Assembly (NCBI GenBank): GCA_021783215.1
Contig: JAJXUB010000001.1
Location: 952 to 64,951, forward strand
DNA from: Actinomycetes bacterium
Lineage (GTDB): Bacteria > Actinomycetota > Actinomycetes > Actinomycetales > Dermatophilaceae
Reading direction: 5' to 3'
Length of the DNA stretch: 64,000 bases
Made by a program: the position numbers and the translations under genes. Below the pieces are notes generated by a model. It was given only the letters and a program-made list of their open reading frames with translations. It had not been told where the DNA came from and did not search any database. Of the stretch, positions 26,201 to 35,737 are shown piece after piece (the first letter of the stretch is position 1; every line of letters begins with the position of its first letter).

Positions 26201-26236
26201 GAGCGACCCGGCGACGCTGCTCGACCGGTGGTTCAC
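23225..26236 (-). CDS. glnE: Bifunctional glutamine synthetase adenylyltransferase / adenylyl-removing enzyme
   Basis: About 1000 aa with two nucleotidyltransferase repeats (GMGKTGGRELNYVSDVDVIF and GMGRLGGGEVGYGSDADVLF). Start trimmed to GTG 26236 so that it does not overlap glnA2. Confidence 0.9.
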   Translation of the reverse strand: MNHRSSSVAGSLARLGFADPGRAATLLAEPALGGLVDPLDDVFADGLPEALAAVADPDLALLCLVRFMESLRRSPAREDESHDTAYLLSTLRRAGRGRDRLLAVVGASAALGDHLVAHPTHWRAVADAEPMAVADRKSRLLSAVGAPRRITPDDALRIEYRRQLLGIAALDLTAPDAFAALPTTAAALADLAEAALEAAYAIAVADLPAEATACRLAVIGMGKTGGRELNYVSDVDVIFVGEPLGDVGEQEAMQAGGRLATRLIRACSATTPHGTLWPVDAALRPEGGAGPLVRTVASHRAYYERWAKTWEFQALLKARAVAGDRALGEEYVATLSPMVWQAAGRAGFVEDVQSMRRRVEEHVPAAEAPRQLKLGRGGLRDVEFSVQLLQLVHGRSDPRLRSGTTLDALAALSAGGYVGRDDREVLDAAYRFLRTLEHRIQLFRLRRTHLMPTGAADLRRLGRALGYRQDPEGAVVERWQSQAREVRRLHERLFYRPLLSAVARLSSEQARLAPDAARERLSALGYRDPAGALRHLEVLTAGLSRRAAIQRTLLPVMLGWFADEADPDMGLLAFRKVSDELGSSHWYLKMLRDEGTSAERLAHILARSGYAGDLLVGAPECVQFLGDPSGLVPLSRGDLLARMRSAGSRRPPGESAVAAMRAVRRAELFRIAAADLDGHLDLDGVAGALTDLTAALLESALEVCIAEVEARRGSPLSTRLLIVGMGRLGGGEVGYGSDADVLFVHEPLPGADEHVALEEATEVVRGLTHHLSAHSAEPPVGLDADLRPEGKNGPIIRSLASYRAYYERWSLVWEAQALLRATPMAGEQGLAERFLALVDPIRWPARGLEPAQVREIRRLKARMEAERIPRGGDRRRHFKLGQGGLSDVEWTVQLQQLEHAHVLEGLRTTGTTSALDACVEAGLIEPGAGVALREAWVLASRMRNAGTLWHGRSFESLPSQTVDANGIARVLGLPPGSGQELGERYLRVARHARAAVMAAFYGR

Positions 26237-26253
26237 GGCATGCGCCCCTGGCG

Positions 26254-27591
26254 TCAGAGACGCGGCAGGTAGCGCTCGAGCTCGAAGGCGGTCACCTGGT
26301 TGCGGTAGTCGTCCCACTCGGCGTGCTTGTTGCGAAGAAAGAACTCGAAGACGTGCTCACCGAGGGTCTCGGCGACCAGGTCGCTCTCCTCCATCCGGGT
26401 GACCGCCTGGTGCAGCGACGTCGGCAGCGGCCGGATGCCGAGGGCACGACGCTCCTCGCTGGTCAGGCTCCACACGTCGTCCTCGGTCTCGGGCGGCAGC
26501 TCGTAGCCCTCCTCGATCCCCTTCAGGCCGGCCGCGAGGATGACGGCGAAGGCGAGGTAGGGGTTGCACGCCGCGTCGAGCGTGCGGACCTCGATGCGGG
26601 TGCTGTTGCCCTTGTTCGGCTTGTACATCGGGACGCGGACCATCGCCGAGCGGTTGTTGTGGCCCCACGTCAGGTAGGCGGGCGCCTCGCCACCGCCCCA
26701 GATCCGCTTGTAGCTGTTGACCCACTGGTTGGTCACCGCGGTGATCTCGTCGCCGTGCCGGAGCAGCCCGGCGATGAACTGCCGCCCGACCACCGAGAGC
26801 TGGTAAGGGCCGCCCGCCTCATAGAAGACGTTCGTGTCCCCCTCGAAGAGCGACATGTGCGTGTGCATACCCGACCCCGGGTGCTCGGCGAACACCTTCG
26901 GCATGAACGTCGCGTAGACGCCCTGCTCGAGGGCGACCTCCTTGACGACCGTCCGGAACGTCATGATGTTGTCCGCCGTCGTCAGGGCGTCGGCATAGCG
27001 CAGGTCGATCTCGTTCTGGCCCGGCGCACCCTCGTGGTGGCTGAACTCGACGGAGATTCCCATCGTCTCGAGCATCGTGATGGCAGCTCGGCGGAAGTCC
27101 TGGCTCGACCCCTGCGGGACGTGGTCGAAGTAGCCGGCGTTGTCGATCGGCTTCGGGGACCTGCCGCTCTTGAAGCCCTTCTTGAGCAGGTAGAACTCGA
27201 TCTCCGGGTGGGTGTAGAAGGTGAAGCCGAGCCTGGCGGCCTTGTCGAGCGCCCGCTTCAGGACGTAGCGCGGGTCCGCCATCGAGGGTGTCCCGTCGGG
27301 GAGGGCGATGTCGCAGAACATCCGGGCCGTGCCGGGGCTCGCCCCCCGCCAGGGGAGGACCTGGAACGTCGCCGGGTCCGGCTTGGCGAGCATGTCCGAC
27401 TCGTAGACCCGGGCGAAGCCCTCGATCGCCGACCCGTCGAAGCCGATCCCCTCGGCGAAGGCGCCCTCGAGCTCGGCCGGGGCGACGGCGACGGACTTCA
27501 GCGTGCCGAGGACATCCGTGAACCACAACCGGACGAAGCGGATGTCGCGTTCCTCGATGGCACGGAGGACGAACTCCTGCTGGCGGTCCAT
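26254..27591 (-). CDS. glnA2: Glutamine synthetase, type I (GlnA2 paralogue)
   Basis: MDRQQEFVLRAIEERDIRFVRLWFTDVLG matches the canonical GlnA2 N-terminus. Also FDGSAIEGF, HHEGAPGQNEIDL. Start at the second ATG (27591). Confidence 0.93.
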   Translation of the reverse strand: MDRQQEFVLRAIEERDIRFVRLWFTDVLGTLKSVAVAPAELEGAFAEGIGFDGSAIEGFARVYESDMLAKPDPATFQVLPWRGASPGTARMFCDIALPDGTPSMADPRYVLKRALDKAARLGFTFYTHPEIEFYLLKKGFKSGRSPKPIDNAGYFDHVPQGSSQDFRRAAITMLETMGISVEFSHHEGAPGQNEIDLRYADALTTADNIMTFRTVVKEVALEQGVYATFMPKVFAEHPGSGMHTHMSLFEGDTNVFYEAGGPYQLSVVGRQFIAGLLRHGDEITAVTNQWVNSYKRIWGGGEAPAYLTWGHNNRSAMVRVPMYKPNKGNSTRIEVRTLDAACNPYLAFAVILAAGLKGIEEGYELPPETEDDVWSLTSEERRALGIRPLPTSLHQAVTRMEESDLVAETLGEHVFEFFLRNKHAEWDDYRNQVTAFELERYLPRL

Positions 27592-27625
27592 GGCGCGATC
27601 CTCCCGCATCCGTGTTTCCGTGTCG

Positions 27626-28369
27626 TTACGTCACCCGCCGCAGGCCGACCCTCGTCACGATGCGCTCGCGCTGGCCGCCGCTGTGGACGACGTCGGCGCC
27701 GTCGACGGTGAGCTGGCTCGCGTGCCGCCGCAGGGCCTCGGTGACCACGGGTAGGAGCGCCACGAGGTCGAGGACCTCGACACCCGGCTCGTCGATCTGC
27801 GAGGGCGGGACGACCTCGACGAACGGGACCCCGGTCAGCGTCGCGACAACCCGGGTCGCCTCGTGGAGGTGGACGTGGTCGGGGTGGCCGTAGCCACCGG
27901 TCGCGTCGTAGGAGATGAGCAGGTCCGCGCGTACAGACCGCACGTATGCGGCGACGTCGGCGGCCGTCTCCGCCACGGTCGCCGCGGTCAGCGACCGGTC
28001 GTCGGCGTCCGCCGCGGGCCCGGCGACACCGTCACGCACCCAGCGCATCCCGGAGTCGCGGTAGAGCCGGGGCAGGAGCCCGTCGGCCCGGGCCGGGGGG
28101 GCTCCGACGTACGCATGGTGGTGCACCCCGAGGACGACGAGGGCCTCGGCGAGCTCGGTCTCGCGGTGGAGGACGAGCTCCTCGGTCCCCGGCGCGATGG
28201 TGAGGGCGCCGGCGACGACCTCCCCGCGCTCGCCGCGGGTCGCCGTGAGGACGTGGACCTCGAGGCCGGACCGGACGAGCTGGGCGACGAGGGCGCCCGT
28301 CGCGAGCGTCTCGTCGTCCGGGTGGGCGTGGACGAGGACGGGACGGGTCACGCCGTCCAGCAGGCTCAT
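27626..28369 (-). CDS. PIG-L family N-acetylglucosaminyl deacetylase (MshB/BshB-like)
   Basis: 247 codons: VLVHAHPDDETL, GGYGHPDHVHLH. ATGA overlap with the upstream GT4 gene. Confidence 0.75.
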   Translation of the reverse strand: MSLLDGVTRPVLVHAHPDDETLATGALVAQLVRSGLEVHVLTATRGERGEVVAGALTIAPGTEELVLHRETELAEALVVLGVHHHAYVGAPPARADGLLPRLYRDSGMRWVRDGVAGPAADADDRSLTAATVAETAADVAAYVRSVRADLLISYDATGGYGHPDHVHLHEATRVVATLTGVPFVEVVPPSQIDEPGVEVLDLVALLPVVTEALRRHASQLTVDGADVVHSGGQRERIVTRVGLRRVT

Positions 28370-29586
28370 CCGCCCGCTCCGAGGTCGGCATACAGGCAGG
28401 CGAGCCGTCGCGCCGCCCACCACCACTCGAAGCGCCGCGAGTGGATCCGGGAGACCGTGCCCATGCGCTCGATGAGACCCGGGGTCGTCAGGAGCTCGGT
28501 GATGGCGCGGCCCCACTGGTCCGGTTCCCGGCTGTCGATGAGCTGGCCCGTCTCCCGGTGGGCCACGGCCTCCCGGAGGCCGCCGGCCGCCGACGCGAGG
28601 ACGGGGACCCCGCTGGCGGCCGCCTCGAGGGCGATGAGCCCGAACGTCTCCGAGTGTGACGGGACGAGGACGATGCGGGCTCCCCGCAGCAGGGTCGCGA
28701 GGTCGCCACGTGACTGAGGGCCGATGAAGGTGACGTCGTCCTCGAGCCCCAGCCGGCGGACGAGCCCGGTGAGCTCACCGGCGTACTCGGCGAAGTCCGC
28801 GGACGTGTCACCGGCGACGACGAGGTGGGGCCGAACCCACTTCTCGACGTGGGCAAGCGCCCGGAGGGCGAGGTCGGGCGCCTTGAGCGGCTGGAGCCTC
28901 GCGGCGAAGAGCAGGTAGCCGTTGTCCCCGGTTCCGAACGCCGGGCGCTGCTCGCCGGGGCGGAGCGGCCGGAACGTCTCGTGGTCGACGCCGGGGCCGA
29001 TGATGACGACATGGTCCGGGTCGGCGCCGCAGCGTTCAACGGCCGTGCGAGCCTCGGCGGCGCTGATCGCCGCGACGGCGTCGGACTCCGTGGCGACCTG
29101 GTCCTCCCCCGCGACGCGGCGCGGCGACTCCGGGGGCTCTCCCTCCGAGAGAGGCTTGCCGGGGTGGGCGGCGACGGAGTGGAAGCTCTGCACGTGCGGG
29201 ATCCCCAGGGCGCGCGCGACCGGGAGGGCGGCGACGCCGGACATCCAGTGGTGCGAGTGGATGACGTCCCAGCCCCGGGCCCGCGCCACGACGTCGAGAC
29301 CGGCGGAGAACTCCTCGATGTGCTCGTCGATGGCGCTCTTGGCGAGCCGCTGCGTCGGTCCGGCCGTCACGCAGTGAAGGCTGACCCCAGCCTCGAGGTC
29401 CGTCCGGCCCGGCGTCCCGGGCGCCCCGCGACGGGTGACGAGGTCGACGTGATGCCCGAGCCCCGCGAGGGCGTGAGCCTGCGCGAGCTCGACGACGTTC
29501 ATCCCTCCGGCGTCACCGGAACCGGGCACGTCGATCGGTGAGGTGTGCATCGAGATGAACCCGATGCGCAGGGGTCGTGGTTCCAC
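28366..29586 (-). CDS. GT4 glycosyltransferase, MshA-like
   Basis: 406-aa ORF with GTG start. RIGFISMHTSPIDVPGSGDAGGMNV closely resembles the MshA N-terminal signature. Also HSHHWMSG, RLQPLKAP, E..G...LEA.ASG.PV. Confidence 0.8.
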   Translation of the reverse strand: MEPRPLRIGFISMHTSPIDVPGSGDAGGMNVVELAQAHALAGLGHHVDLVTRRGAPGTPGRTDLEAGVSLHCVTAGPTQRLAKSAIDEHIEEFSAGLDVVARARGWDVIHSHHWMSGVAALPVARALGIPHVQSFHSVAAHPGKPLSEGEPPESPRRVAGEDQVATESDAVAAISAAEARTAVERCGADPDHVVIIGPGVDHETFRPLRPGEQRPAFGTGDNGYLLFAARLQPLKAPDLALRALAHVEKWVRPHLVVAGDTSADFAEYAGELTGLVRRLGLEDDVTFIGPQSRGDLATLLRGARIVLVPSHSETFGLIALEAAASGVPVLASAAGGLREAVAHRETGQLIDSREPDQWGRAITELLTTPGLIERMGTVSRIHSRRFEWWWAARRLACLYADLGAGG

Positions 29587-29592
29587 GGGCTC

Positions 29593-29602
29593 ACCCTAGG
29601 CT
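29593..29602. promoter_or_regulatory. Overlapping divergent -10 candidates (TAGGCT for panB, TAGGGT for the GT4 gene) centred on CCTAGG
   Basis: The whole intergenic gap is 22 bp. Each hexamer lies 6 nt from its start codon. Neither side has an SD. Confidence 0.35.
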
Positions 29603-29608
29603 GGTGTC

Positions 29609-30457
29609 ATGACCGAGGTCACCGCCCCGTACGGAACCGGCGCCCAGGCTGCGCCCCAGAAACGCATTCGCATCCCCCACCTCATGCAGATGAAGGAACG
29701 CGGCGAGCACTGGGCCATGCTCACCGCCTACGACATGTATGCCGCCGAGATCTTCGACGCGGCCGGCATTCCCGTCCTCCTCGTCGGGGACAGCGCGGGC
29801 AACAACGTCTTCGGCTTCGAGACGACCGTCCCGGTGACCGTCGACCACCTCGTCCCCCTCGTCCGCGCCGTGACGAGCGCCGCGAAGCGGGCGATGGTCG
29901 TCGCGGACCTGCCGTTCGGGTCCTACCAGGCGAGCCCGCAGCAGGCTCTCGCGACGGCGACCCGGTTCATGAAGGAGGGGCTCGCCCACGCCGTCAAGCT
30001 CGAGGGCGGTGCGCCGATGGTGCCCGAGGTCGAGCTCCTCGTCCGGGCGGGCATTCCCGTCATGGGCCACATCGGCTTCACCCCCCAGAGCGAGCACGTC
30101 CTCGGCGGGTACCGCGTCCAGGGTCGCGGCGCCGGCGCGGAGAAGCTCATGGACGATGCGCTGGCGCTGGAGAGGGCCGGATGCTTCGCCGTCGTCATGG
30201 AGATGGTGCCCGTCGGTGCGGCGCAGGCGGTCACCGAGGCGCTCAAGATCCCGACGATCGGCATCGGCGCCGGTCCGCACTGCGACGCCCAGGTCCTCGT
30301 CTGGCAGGACATGGCGGGCCTGCGGGGTGGCCGGGCACCGCGCTTCGTCAAGAAGTACGCCAACCTCCGCGAGGAGCTCGGCAAGGCGGCCGCCGCGTAT
30401 GCCGCGGACGTCGCGTCAGGTGCCTTCCCGGCGGCAGAGAACTCGTTCGAGGAGTGA
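29609..30457 (+). CDS. panB: 3-methyl-2-oxobutanoate hydroxymethyltransferase
   Basis: 282-aa ORF: [30 protein letters not shown]. Confidence 0.95.
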   Translation: MTEVTAPYGTGAQAAPQKRIRIPHLMQMKERGEHWAMLTAYDMYAAEIFDAAGIPVLLVGDSAGNNVFGFETTVPVTVDHLVPLVRAVTSAAKRAMVVADLPFGSYQASPQQALATATRFMKEGLAHAVKLEGGAPMVPEVELLVRAGIPVMGHIGFTPQSEHVLGGYRVQGRGAGAEKLMDDALALERAGCFAVVMEMVPVGAAQAVTEALKIPTIGIGAGPHCDAQVLVWQDMAGLRGGRAPRFVKKYANLREELGKAAAAYAADVASGAFPAAENSFEE

Positions 30458-30461
30458 GCAG

Positions 30462-31079
30462 GTGAACGGCACGGTCGGCCCGACACCGTGGAGCGACTTC
30501 GGCGGGCGCGCGGCGGCGGCATACCAGGGGCGGTTCGACGACAAGCCGGCCGCGGGCGAGGACGCCCACGGCGAGGCGACGTTCGTCGCGTCGATCGCCG
30601 AGCCGCCGGCACGGGTCCTTGACGCCGGGTGCGGCGTCGGACGGGTCAGCGCCGAGCTGACGCGACGCGGCTTCCGTGTCGTCGGGGTGGACAAGGACCC
30701 GGGCGTGCTCGCCATCGCCCGGGAGCGTGACCACGAGTCCCGGTACGAGCTCGCGGACCTCGCCACCCTGTTCCTCCGCGGGCAGACCTTCGATGTCGTC
30801 CTCATGGCGGGCAACGTCATCCCGCTCCTCGCCCCACACACCCTCTACGGCGTCATGAAGCGGGTCGCCGCGCACGTCAACGGCGGCGGGGTGGCCGTGG
30901 CCGGCTTCGGCGTCGACGAGGCCCACCTGCCGGTGGGATGTCCGGTGACACCGCTCTCGGAGTACGAGAAGGCCTGCGAGGTGGCCGGGCTCGCGCCGGT
31001 GGCGCGTTACTCGACGTGGGCGAAGGACGCGTTCCGGCGCAGCGACGGCTACGTCGTCGAGGTGCACCGCCTGCGCTGA
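30462..31079 (+). CDS. Class I SAM-dependent methyltransferase
   Basis: Last 205 codons of ORF 30009..31079(+). GTG start, motif I VLDAGCGVGRV. Confidence 0.75.
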   Translation: MNGTVGPTPWSDFGGRAAAAYQGRFDDKPAAGEDAHGEATFVASIAEPPARVLDAGCGVGRVSAELTRRGFRVVGVDKDPGVLAIARERDHESRYELADLATLFLRGQTFDVVLMAGNVIPLLAPHTLYGVMKRVAAHVNGGGVAVAGFGVDEAHLPVGCPVTPLSEYEKACEVAGLAPVARYSTWAKDAFRRSDGYVVEVHRLR

Positions 31080-31091
31080 GGGGCGCGCCCG

Positions 31092-31304
31092 TCAGCCCTT
31101 GTCCGGGGCCTTCCACCCGCCCGAGGCGTTCCGCTCGTCCCACGCCCTGTCGTCGGCGTCCCACTTCTCGGTGTTCTCCCGCGCGTGGTCGAGGGCGTTC
31201 GCGGCCTCCTCGGCCGAGCGGTAGGGGCCGAGGACGTTCGCGTCCGGGCTGCGGGTCTCGTCGGTCTCGACCTGCCCCGTGCCCACGTTGAACCAGTAGT
31301 TCAT
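31092..31304 (-). CDS. Small conserved actinobacterial protein (70 aa, function unknown)
   Basis: [16 protein letters not shown]...[31 protein letters not shown] lies 7 nt upstream of the ATG. Confidence 0.6.
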   Translation of the reverse strand: MNYWFNVGTGQVETDETRSPDANVLGPYRSAEEAANALDHARENTEKWDADDRAWDERNASGGWKAPDKG

Positions 31305-31320
31305 GCCTACACTCCACCGT

Positions 31321-32184
31321 ATGCCGGTCGCCCACGCAACAGTCCTGCCTGGAACGGTCTCCCCTTGGCGGGAGGTCCCGGCGGCGATCGAGCGCCCGGA
31401 GTACGTCGGCAAGTCGGGACCGGAACGGCAGTCCGGCCCCGAGGTCAAGGACGCCGAGACCGTCGAGCGCATGCGCGTTGCGGGCCGGATCGCGGCACGG
31501 GCCATGGCGGCCGGCGCCGCCGTGCTCGCGCCCGGAGTGACGACGGACGAGATCGACCGCGTCTGCCACGAGTTCCTCGTCGACCACGGCGCCTACCCCT
31601 CGACGCTGGGCTACCGGGGTTTCCCGAAGGCCGTGTGCACGTCGGTCAACGAGGTCATCTGCCACGGGATCCCCGACAGCCGCCCCCTGGAGGACGGCGA
31701 CATCGTCAATATCGACATCACGGCCTACATCGGCGGGGTCCACGGTGACACCGACGCGACGTACCTCGTCGGCGACGTCGACGAGGAGTCCAAGCTTCTC
31801 GTCGAGCGCACCCACGAGGCGATGATGCGCGGGATCCGGGCGGCCCAGCCCGGTCGCCAGATCAACGTCATCGGCCGCGTCATCGAGTCGTACGCGCGTC
31901 GCTTCGGCTACGGGGTCGTGCGCGACTACACCGGGCACGGGATCGGCGAGGTGTTCCACTCGGGGCTGATCATCCCCCACTACGATGCGGCGCCCGCCTA
32001 CGAGACCGTCATCGAGCCCGGGATGACGTTCACCGTCGAGCCCATGCTCAACCTCGGCTCGCCCGACTGGGAGATGTGGGATGACGGCTGGACCGTCGTG
32101 ACCAGGGACAAGCGTCGGTCGGCCCAGTTCGAGCACACGATCCTCATCACCGAGTCCGGGAACGAGATCCTCACCCTCCCCTGA
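31321..32184 (+). CDS. map: Type I methionine aminopeptidase
   Basis: [41 protein letters not shown] (metal ligands). Start placed at the second ATG (31321), which has TACACT 7 nt upstream. ATG 31303 is the alternative. Confidence 0.9.
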   Translation: MPVAHATVLPGTVSPWREVPAAIERPEYVGKSGPERQSGPEVKDAETVERMRVAGRIAARAMAAGAAVLAPGVTTDEIDRVCHEFLVDHGAYPSTLGYRGFPKAVCTSVNEVICHGIPDSRPLEDGDIVNIDITAYIGGVHGDTDATYLVGDVDEESKLLVERTHEAMMRGIRAAQPGRQINVIGRVIESYARRFGYGVVRDYTGHGIGEVFHSGLIIPHYDAAPAYETVIEPGMTFTVEPMLNLGSPDWEMWDDGWTVVTRDKRRSAQFEHTILITESGNEILTLP

Positions 32185-32220
32185 GGTTGGGGACGGGCAC
32201 CGGAGAAGGGCGGCACACGT

Positions 32221-33009
32221 ATGGCGGGCAAGGGCCTCCCCCTCGGCATCGACGTCGGCGGAAGCGGCATCAAGGGCGCGCCGGTCGACCTCGGCAAGGG
32301 GGCGTTCGCCGCGAACCGGCTGCGGACCGAGACGCCCCAGCCGGCGACGCCGGAGGCCGTGTGTGCCGTGATCGCCGACATCGTCGGCCACTTCGGGGAG
32401 GCGCGCGGGGACGCCCCGGTCGGCGTGACGATCCCCGGCGTCGTGCGGCACGGCGTCGTCCAGACGGCGGCCAACATCGACACGTCGTGGATCGGCTTCG
32501 ACGCGGAGGCGTACCTCGCGAAGGAGATCGGACGTCCCGTGCATGTCGTCAACGACGCGGACGCGGCCGGGGTCGCCGAGCTCGAGTACGGCGCGGGGGA
32601 CCACACGAAGGGGCTCGTCATCCTCACGACGCTGGGGACGGGCATCGGGACGGCCCTCCTCTACGACGGGGAGCTGATCCCCAACGCCGAGCTCGGCCAC
32701 ATCGAGATGAACGGTGGGGACGCCGAGCGGCAGGCGGCCCAGTCGGCTCAGGAGCGCGAGAACCTGTCGTGGGAGCAGTGGGCCGCGCGGCTGCACGACT
32801 ACTACACGCACCTGGAGAGCCTGCTCTGGCCGGAGCTGTTCCTGGTGGGCGGCGGCGTCTCGACGAACGCCGACAAGTTCCTCCCCCTCCTCGACATCCG
32901 CACCCCCATCAAGGCGGCCACGCTTCGGAACAAGGCGGGAATCATCGGCGCCGCGCATCTTGCCGTCACCGAGGCGGCGAAGGCGAAGGCGAAGTCAGGC
33001 AAGAAGTAG
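32221..33009 (+). CDS. ppgK: Polyphosphate glucokinase (ROK family)
   Basis: 262-aa ORF: [36 protein letters not shown]. Confidence 0.88.
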   Translation: MAGKGLPLGIDVGGSGIKGAPVDLGKGAFAANRLRTETPQPATPEAVCAVIADIVGHFGEARGDAPVGVTIPGVVRHGVVQTAANIDTSWIGFDAEAYLAKEIGRPVHVVNDADAAGVAELEYGAGDHTKGLVILTTLGTGIGTALLYDGELIPNAELGHIEMNGGDAERQAAQSAQERENLSWEQWAARLHDYYTHLESLLWPELFLVGGGVSTNADKFLPLLDIRTPIKAATLRNKAGIIGAAHLAVTEAAKAKAKSGKK

Positions 33010-33012
33010 GGC

Positions 33013-33669
33013 TCAGGGCGAGATGTCCGTCGGACCCTTGCCGGCCAGGTCGAGCAGGCGTGTCGTGTCGCGGCACCCGAGCCTGTCGGCCTGGTCGAGG
33101 TAGAGCGTGCGGCCGTTGGCGCTCAGCGTCCCGTCGTGGACGGGGATGGCCGTCGCGACGGCCATCCGACGGAGGAAGGCGACCATCTCCTTGCTCGCCT
33201 GCCACGGAGCGGACAGGGGGAAGGAGACGACGTCGACGTCCCCAGGCTCGCCGTCGAGCGCGTCGCCGGAGTGGTAGAGGCTTGGTTCGCCCGCGGCCCG
33301 GATGACGACGCCCGTGTTGGCGACGCGCGGCAGGTCCTCGTGGATGACGGCGTGCAGAGCCCCCACGGGGTGGACCGTCACCTCCCCGACGGCCCGTGGG
33401 GTGCCGTCGTGGGCGGTCGCCTCGATCCCCAGGGTGCGCAGGATCGCCGCCGTCTCGTGGTCGCAGTGGATCGGGACGTCGCCGTTCCTGTCCAGCAGGA
33501 GCGGCAGCCGGTCGACGTCGACGTGGTCGGGATGCTGGTGGGTGACCAGGACGGCCGAGATGTCTGCCAGCCCCTCCCAACCGGATGCCCAGGTGCCCGG
33601 GTCCAGAAGGATGCGCTGGTCGGCCACCTCGACGAGCAGGCACGCGTGCCCGAGGTGAGTGATCCGCAT
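33013..33669 (-). CDS. MBL-fold metallo-hydrolase
   Basis: MRITHLGHACLLV...THQHPDHVD. Start at M8 of the track ORF. Confidence 0.8.
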   Translation of the reverse strand: MRITHLGHACLLVEVADQRILLDPGTWASGWEGLADISAVLVTHQHPDHVDVDRLPLLLDRNGDVPIHCDHETAAILRTLGIEATAHDGTPRAVGEVTVHPVGALHAVIHEDLPRVANTGVVIRAAGEPSLYHSGDALDGEPGDVDVVSFPLSAPWQASKEMVAFLRRMAVATAIPVHDGTLSANGRTLYLDQADRLGCRDTTRLLDLAGKGPTDISP

Positions 33670-33796
33670 ACACCGACCGTATGCCAGCATCCGCCTCCGC
33701 GGGGCGTTGCCTCCTGCCTCCGGTCGAGGTCGTCGGGGACCCCAGCCGGTGGCGGGTCACCGCGGACCGGAGGACGTCCCGTGCAGATGGGGGGAT

Positions 33797-34169
33797 GAGC
33801 CGGCCTGTAAGCCGGGTCCTGTTCCCCGACGCCGTTGCCGGCGACGGAGCGACGGTCATCCATCTCGGGTCGCCGTTGCCGACGACCTCCAGCGCTCTAC
33901 CCGGATGCTCGGGCGGGCCGCCCTCTAGCGCATCCTTGTCTGAGCTTGCTCCGGGTGGGGTTTACCGAGCCGGCCTCGTCGCCGAGGCCGCTGGTGGTCT
34001 CTTACACCACCGTTTCACCCTTGCCGTCCGGCCAGGCCGGACGGCGGTCTCTTCTCTGTGGCACTGTCCCGCGGGTCGCCCCGGGTGGCTGTTGGCCACC
34101 ACCTTGCCCTGTGGAGCCCGGACTTTCCTCGGCGGCACCGAAGTACCGACGCGACCGTCCGGCCGACTC
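33797..34169 (-). ncRNA. rnpB: RNase P RNA (bacterial type A)
   Basis: The minus strand reads GAGUCGGCCGGACGGUCGCG...GCCGAGGAAAGUCCGGGCUCCACAGGGCA (conserved P4/CR-I), ...GGUAAACCCCACCCGGAGCAAG..., ...ACAGGACCCGGCUUACAGGCCGGCUC closing P1. Confidence 0.9.
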
Positions 34170-35628
34170 ATCCCACCACCGAGGATAGCTGGAACTCCAC
34201 GGTGCTCGTCGCCACGTCGGCCTTGGTGAGGGTCGCCGTGACATCGGCGCCGAGCTCCCCGGGACCCTGGGCGCGGGCGACGACGGCAGGATCGACGAGC
34301 TGGACGATGGCGCCGCGCTCGTCCCGTTCGACGAGGACCCCGGCAAACGCCTCACCGAGATGGTCGACGAGGACGGCGGCCTCGACGGTGTCGGTGCATT
34401 CACGCTCGACGCGCGAGGCCGTGTGGTCGGACGTCGCCATGATGGCCGGCAGCGTGGGGAGGGCCTCGCGCGCCCAGGCGGGGACCTCCGAACCCCCGAC
34501 GACGGCCGCGCAGACGGCGAGCCCGAAGCGGTCGACGAGTCGTCGAAGGGGTGCGGTCACATGCGCGTACGGCGCGGCGACGGCCGCGTGTTCCGTGGCC
34601 GCCGGCGCTGTCCCGTCGAACGGCGTGTACCCCGCACCGCGGAACAACGAGGTCGCGGCGTGGATGAGGGCGAGGTGCTTGGGGTTGGTCCGGTCCAGCG
34701 ACCTGAGGAACGCCCCGTAGGCCACTCCGCCCGGCCATTCGACGCCGAGCGCCCTCGCGTGCCGGCGAAAACGCTCGACGGCGGCCGGGGCGGCCGGTGG
34801 CATGGTCCGCAGGATGCCGACGCCTGCTCGGAGCATGAGGTCGGCGGCGGCCATGCCCGTCATGAGGGAGATCTGGGCGTTCCACTCCTCGCACGGGACC
34901 GGGGGCCGGAACCTCAGGTGGAAGTCGCCGGCTGGCCCCTCCGTGACCTCCTGCTCCGGCATCGGCAGGCTCGCCCCGCCGCGCTGCGCCTCGAGAGCGA
35001 TGCGCCTCTCCCCCACCTCTTGGAGCAGCATGAGCCGCTCGTCCGCGGTCCCATCGTCGACGGCCCGCTGGACCTCGGCGTAGTCCATGCGGTCCGTGCT
35101 CATGACCCGCGCACGGTAGAGGTCCGTCGCCGTCGTCGACCCGTCCGCGGCGAGGGTGAGGTCCCACACGTATGCCGTCCGCTCGGCTCCCGGGAGCAGG
35201 CTCGCGACGCCCTCCGACAAGGCCTTGGGATGCAGCGGAGCACGCTCGTCGGGGCAGTACACCGTCTGGCCGCGCTTGCGGGCCTCGGCGTCGACCGCGC
35301 CCCCAGGAGCGACGAACCTCGGCAGGTAGGTGATGGCATACCGGACGCGGTAGCCGTCGCCGGACCGCGAGATGTGCAGCGCCTGGTCGAGATCCATCGA
35401 CCCGGGCGGGTCGATCGTCAGGAACGGCACCGCCGTCTCGTCCCGGTCCACAGACTCGAGCGGAGCGCCCGCAACGCGAGTGGCCTCGGCGCTCACCTGC
35501 GCAGGGAAGCCCTCCGGGACCTTCAGCTCCGCGCGGATCGCCGCGAACCGACCGGTCAGCTGGGCCCCCGCAGCACTGGGCGCGACGTCCGCCGCGGTCG
35601 GGCGGAGCCGCACGATGCGTTTCGGCAT
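34168..35628 (-). CDS. RNB-domain (RNase II/R-like) protein, Rv2226-like
   Basis: 486-aa ORF: TIDPPGSMDLDQALH, VYCPDERAPLHP, YAHVTAPLRRLVDR (RNB motifs). The stop codon overlaps the 5' end of rnpB. Confidence 0.8.
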   Translation of the reverse strand: MPKRIVRLRPTAADVAPSAAGAQLTGRFAAIRAELKVPEGFPAQVSAEATRVAGAPLESVDRDETAVPFLTIDPPGSMDLDQALHISRSGDGYRVRYAITYLPRFVAPGGAVDAEARKRGQTVYCPDERAPLHPKALSEGVASLLPGAERTAYVWDLTLAADGSTTATDLYRARVMSTDRMDYAEVQRAVDDGTADERLMLLQEVGERRIALEAQRGGASLPMPEQEVTEGPAGDFHLRFRPPVPCEEWNAQISLMTGMAAADLMLRAGVGILRTMPPAAPAAVERFRRHARALGVEWPGGVAYGAFLRSLDRTNPKHLALIHAATSLFRGAGYTPFDGTAPAATEHAAVAAPYAHVTAPLRRLVDRFGLAVCAAVVGGSEVPAWAREALPTLPAIMATSDHTASRVERECTDTVEAAVLVDHLGEAFAGVLVERDERGAIVQLVDPAVVARAQGPGELGADVTATLTKADVATSTVEFQLSSVVG

Positions 35629-35737
35629 GGGCCCAACCTACCCGGCACTCTCGCCGTCCCAGGGCGAACGCCCCTGGGGATGGGCAGGACCGGGGCTGCC
35701 GGCCGGCTCGAACTGGGGCGCCGGCGACGCCCGGCGC

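Noticed and set aside
26237-26317. Longer glnE start (ATG 26317) overlapping the end of glnA2 by 64 nt. Similar N-terminal extensions occur on tyrS, argJ, argB, argD, the RNase HI/CobC gene, YdbT and others.
   Set aside because: The extensions are non-conserved Arg/Pro-rich read-through. Internal ATG/GTG starts that give 1-4-nt coupling overlaps or canonical protein N-termini were preferred.
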